DNA of 64,000 bases from Octopus bimaculoides (lineage: Eukaryota), in the NCBI RefSeq assembly GCF_001194135.2, contig NC_068986.1, positions 53,734,215 through 53,798,214 of the forward strand, written 5' to 3'. The notes beneath the pieces were generated by a model. The model worked only from the letters and a program-made list of their open reading frames with translations. It searched no databases and was not told the DNA's origin. The position numbers and the translations under genes were made by a program. Below are positions 60,360 to 64,000 of the stretch, piece after piece (position 1 is the first letter of the stretch; each line of letters opens with the position of its first letter).

Positions 60360-61104
60360 TAGATGTCGTCATCTTCATCGTCCGTCTTTCAAGGTTGATA
60401 AAGGACCTGTGTCTTGATTCTTTTTCACACTCCCTTTCTCACAAACTCTCTTCCTGTGGCTGAATTTGAGCTGTGTTCAAATCTGAAGAGAGATTGGCTC
60501 TACTAGGTATGAAAATGTCAGTGTTTCTTCTACTCCATCAAGATATCGAGTTTTTCTCAGTCTGGAGATCTGGTCTAACAGCTTGCCATAGATTGAACTC
60601 TACTAAAGGTATTCATGAGTCAGATAGTTGTATTAAATCAAGAGATGAATTAAGTCTTCCATCCAAAACAGGCTTCCATGTACTCTCTGTTGACCTTGTT
60701 TTATTCACAGGGCTGTGATACAAGACACTTGCCCATGGTACAAGACACTTGCCCTAAGTGCCACACAATGGCATTGAACAAAGAAACATGTAGTTTGTGA
60801 AGCTAACTTCTCAACCACACAACCATATCTTTACCTTAACTACTTGCTCATAAGTTTTTAAATTCAAATCTGCTTCTAACACTTCATTGTGTTTATTGAT
60901 AAAGTACTTCATTCTCCATAGTTACAGTTAACCTAGCTGTCTGGAATAGGTACCAGATTGTCTGAAAATATGACCAACAATTGATTGCTATCTTATCCAA
61001 TAGAAGATTTAACTTTCATCATTTTCATTCTTTGAAATTGAAGCAAAGCCCTGCTCTAATTTTGCATTGCATTCTGATAAAATTAATTCTTAATTTCTTC
61101 CCAG

Positions 61105-61161
61105 GCTCGAGATTTGAAACAGCATATTACTAAGGAAATGTTGCCAGTCTTTTTATCAACT
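61105..61161 (+). CDS. NDUFAF6: NDUFAF6 exon 9 (ARDLKQHITKEMLPVFLST)
   Basis: 57 nt, ttcccag acceptor, ACT|GTAAGT donor. Resembles ARSFHKTVPVKAFPAFLQT. Confidence 0.88.
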
Positions 61162-61261
61162 GTAAGTTTTGCTCCTTGATTTTTCATTCTATTTTCATCA
61201 TCATCATCATAATAATAGTGATAATAATGATAATAATGATAATAATAATAATTATAATGGA

Positions 61262-61955
61262 GAGAATGTGTCAGAAAAATGTAGAGCCTGTGGAACTTGG
61301 AATGAGATAGTGGTACACATTGTGGAAGAATACCCCAAGTTAGCACAGGAAGAATATAAGAAATGGAGGCATGACCAGGTTGTAAAAGTTTTACCGTGGA
61401 AACTGTGCCAGAAATGGGAATTTGAAGCTGGAAACACATGGTACAATCATCGAGTCAAAAGAGTACTAGAGTTGGAGAAATGTAAGATTTTGTGGGACTT
61501 TCCTATTCAAATGAACAAGAAATTAGAAAACAATAGACCAGATATTACAATCATAGATAAAGAAAAGCAAAGTTTCTAACTTATCGAGCCATTGTGCCCA
61601 TTTAATTCCAGGATCATAAAGAAAGAGGAAAAAACACAAAAAAATACAATCCCCTAAAATTTGGAATAGGAAGAATTTGGAGCATGTGAACAGTAAAGGT
61701 CATGCTTATAATAATTGGTGAACAGTAAACCAAGATATAGACAAATGGCTGAGGGAGATTGAAATAGAATGCCAAGTAGAGCTCCTACAGAAAGTTTGTT
61801 TCTTAGGGACAGCAAGGATTATCAGGAGGGTTCTAAGTACTTGAAAGACTGCTGAAAACTTGTGGATACCTAAGGTTACAGGTAGTAACCCACTATCCAC
61901 AAAATCCCTACCAGGAATAAGACCAAACCTAAGACAAACCAAAATAATAATAACG
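61262..61955 (+). mobile_element. R4/Dong-like non-LTR retrotransposon 3' fragment (CCHC knuckle + restriction-like endonuclease)
   Basis: CRACG...HIVEEY (degenerate CCHC), RHDQV, KILWDFPIQ, NRPDI...LIE, LQKVCFLGTARIIRRVLST*. Flanked by (ATA)n/(TAA)n repeats. Confidence 0.85.
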
Positions 61956-63054
61956 GTTTCAAATTTTGGCACAACGACCCCAATGTTCAACTGGTACAAT
62001 GTATTGACCTTGGAAAGATGACAGGCAAAGTCCACCTTGGCTGAATCTGGAAACAGAACATAGACGAACAAAATGTCACTAAACATTTTGTTTGGCACTC
62101 TAACAATTCTGCCAGTTTGCTGCCTTTAAATATAGGCACAAGGCCAACAAGTTTAAGAGAAGGGTTAAGTCTATAAGAGCTAATGATATCTTAAATAATA
62201 ATAATAATATGAGGGCATGTGGCGTAGTAGTTAAGTTATTTGGCTTATGATCATATGGGTATGAATTCAATTCCTGGTAGCACATTGTATTCTTGAGCAC
62301 TTTATTTCATGTTGCTCCAGTTCACTCAGCTGGCAACAATGATGAGTTGTACCTGTATTTCAAAGGGCCAGCCTTGTCACACCAAATCCCACTGAGAACT
62401 ATGTTAAGAGTACATGTGTCTGTGGAGTGCTCAACCACTTACATGTTAATTTCATGAGCAGACTGTTCCATTGATTGGATTGACTGGAATCCTCATCATC
62501 ATAACCAATGGAGTGCCAGTAGAACATAATAATAATTCTTTCTAATTTAATGCAAGGCCAGTAATTTTAAGGAGAGGGAGCTAGCCAATTACATCACACT
62601 CAGTACAAAGAACCAGAGGTAGTCTTAAGTGGGTTGGTTGGTATCAAATGTTAATGTTATATGACTAGCATTATGATAAATAGATACTTGCTAAGCAACT
62701 TCTGTTTTGTTTTTAAAACTTTTTTTTTTTTCATTTGGGCTTTTAAAGACTTTCATCTGTAAGCAGTTTTAAATTTGAATGCAGACATATTTTGTATCCT
62801 CCAAGCAAGGAATTCCTACTCCGCCATAGTATACTATATTTAAACAGTACTACAGTTCACCCTTGTAACATGCTATTACAGTACAGTACATTCCTATACC
62901 CCATATCTCTGTTATATGAACAACATATATTTCTGTTGTATCATGATATTATAGGGCATTTTTATGACATTTCACTAATGTATATTTTATGTAATACTCG
63001 TTTCCCTTGAATGTAGGGTACATTCTTATGTTGCATTTTTTCATTGTGTTTCAG

Positions 63055-63183
63055 GTCATATGCGAAGAGTATCTCAACAAACTCCAGAAAGTTGACTTTC
63101 ATGTATTTCACCCTCACCTGCAACGGAGAGATAATTTATTACCAGTAAAGTTATGGCTACAAACTAAAAGGGCTAAATATTAA
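63055..63183 (+). CDS. NDUFAF6: NDUFAF6 exon 10, terminal (VICEEYLNKLQKVDFHVFHPHLQRRDNLLPVKLWLQTKRAKY*)
   Basis: 129 nt ending in TAA at 63181-63183. Contains the LxKxQxVDFxxFHP motif. The ten exons sum to 957 nt in frame. Confidence 0.93.
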   Translation, partial: VICEEYLNKLQKVDFHVFHPHLQRRDNLLPVKLWLQTKRAKY

Positions 63184-63749
63184 ATGATATATATATTGAT
63201 AATCTGTGAAAAATATAAAATTATTTCATATTTCCTATGTTTTAATCTTGAATCCATTTGTCTGTGGTTGGGAAGACCAGACAGTGTGCCAGGGAAAATT
63301 GTGATGTTGTTGAAGATAAGTGTGTTCACATGGATGATGGTTCATTTACAGTTAGTAACTCTGCAAAGAAAGAGACATCAATGTTTTGTCATTGTTGTAA
63401 TTTATCAACGCCACATACTGAACAAGGCCCGCTGTAAGCCATATTGCCAATTATGACTACATGCTAAATGGTTTAAACACCATCTGCTGGCATGTCCTGG
63501 TTCATGCCACAGAAAAAAAAACAAAATGAAACACACATACACAAGGTATATGTGTTGTTAATTCATGGGTTTGTTGCTCCAAGAAGGGAGTTGTCTCACT
63601 TGAGTGTGACTTATTTCAAGAGTTTTTTACACCAGCCTCATAAAGAATATATTCTCTTACGCTTAAAAACCACAGCCGATCCACGAACTAACAACACACA
63701 TACCTTGTGTACGTGTGTTCAATTTTGTTTATTTAAACATATATCATCA

Positions 63750-64000
63750 TCATCATCATCATCATCATCGTTTAACGTCCGCTTTCCATGCTAGCATGGG
63801 TTGGACGATTTGACTTAGGACTGGTGAAACCGGATGGCAACACCAGGCTCCAATCTAATTTGGCAGAGTTTCTACAGCTGGATGCCCTTCCTAACGCCAA
63901 CCACTCAAAGAGTGTAGTGGGTGCTTTTACGTGTCACCCGCACGAAAACGGCCACGCTCGAAATGGTGTCTTTTATGTGCCACCCGCACAAGCCAGTCCA
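63750..64000 (-). mobile_element. Young RTE 3' UTR copy (CpGs intact), truncated by window end
   Basis: (CAT)nCGTTTAACGTCCGCTTTCCATGCTAGCATGGGTTGG...GCCCTTCCTAACGCCAACC. Other copies at about 30-300, 1030-1240, 4310-4530, 14000-14280, 33330-33480, 39160-39250, 41680-41830, 42240-42450, 42830-43030, 47400-47570, 52960-53120, 54390-54600, 56390-56580. Confidence 0.75.

Noticed and set aside
63184-63760. NDUFAF6 polyadenylation signal
   Set aside because: No canonical AATAAA seen after the stop (only an AATATA/TATAAA variant near 63212), so the 3' end cannot be placed.

Overview
AT-rich, microsatellite-dense animal DNA. The repeat families and gene homologies suggest an octopus or other cephalopod scaffold (inference), with seven N-gaps. 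Two genes lie head to head about 7.3 kb apart. (1) On the minus strand is the first coding exon of a fem-1 (FEM1A/C-type) ankyrin-repeat gene (ATG at 24136, phase-1 donor at 23596). Its next exon is not visible in the window, so 1-23595 appears to be one intron of more than 23.5 kb. (2) On the plus strand is a complete 10-exon NDUFAF6 gene (31480-63183; 957 nt, 318 aa, all introns GT-AG with consistent phases). The rest is mostly transposon debris identified by manual translation across stops and frameshifts: a Helitron Rep/helicase fossil (~9240-11850), an Academ-like transposase fragment (~54610-55320), a DD37D maT element, a DD34D mariner with TIRs, RTE LINE pieces with a PHD-type finger inside the RT, an R4/Dong-like RLE fragment, a Penelope-type end with a hammerhead-like motif, piggyBac-like MITEs and several tRNA-derived SINE families. 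No rRNA, true tRNA gene or CRISPR array is supported, and no clearly new multi-gene system is evident. The most interesting signals are three RTE copies that break at the same ~15-nt site, stacked uORFs in the fem-1 leader, and a CpG-retaining domain over the divergent promoter. Repeat boundaries are by-eye estimates.
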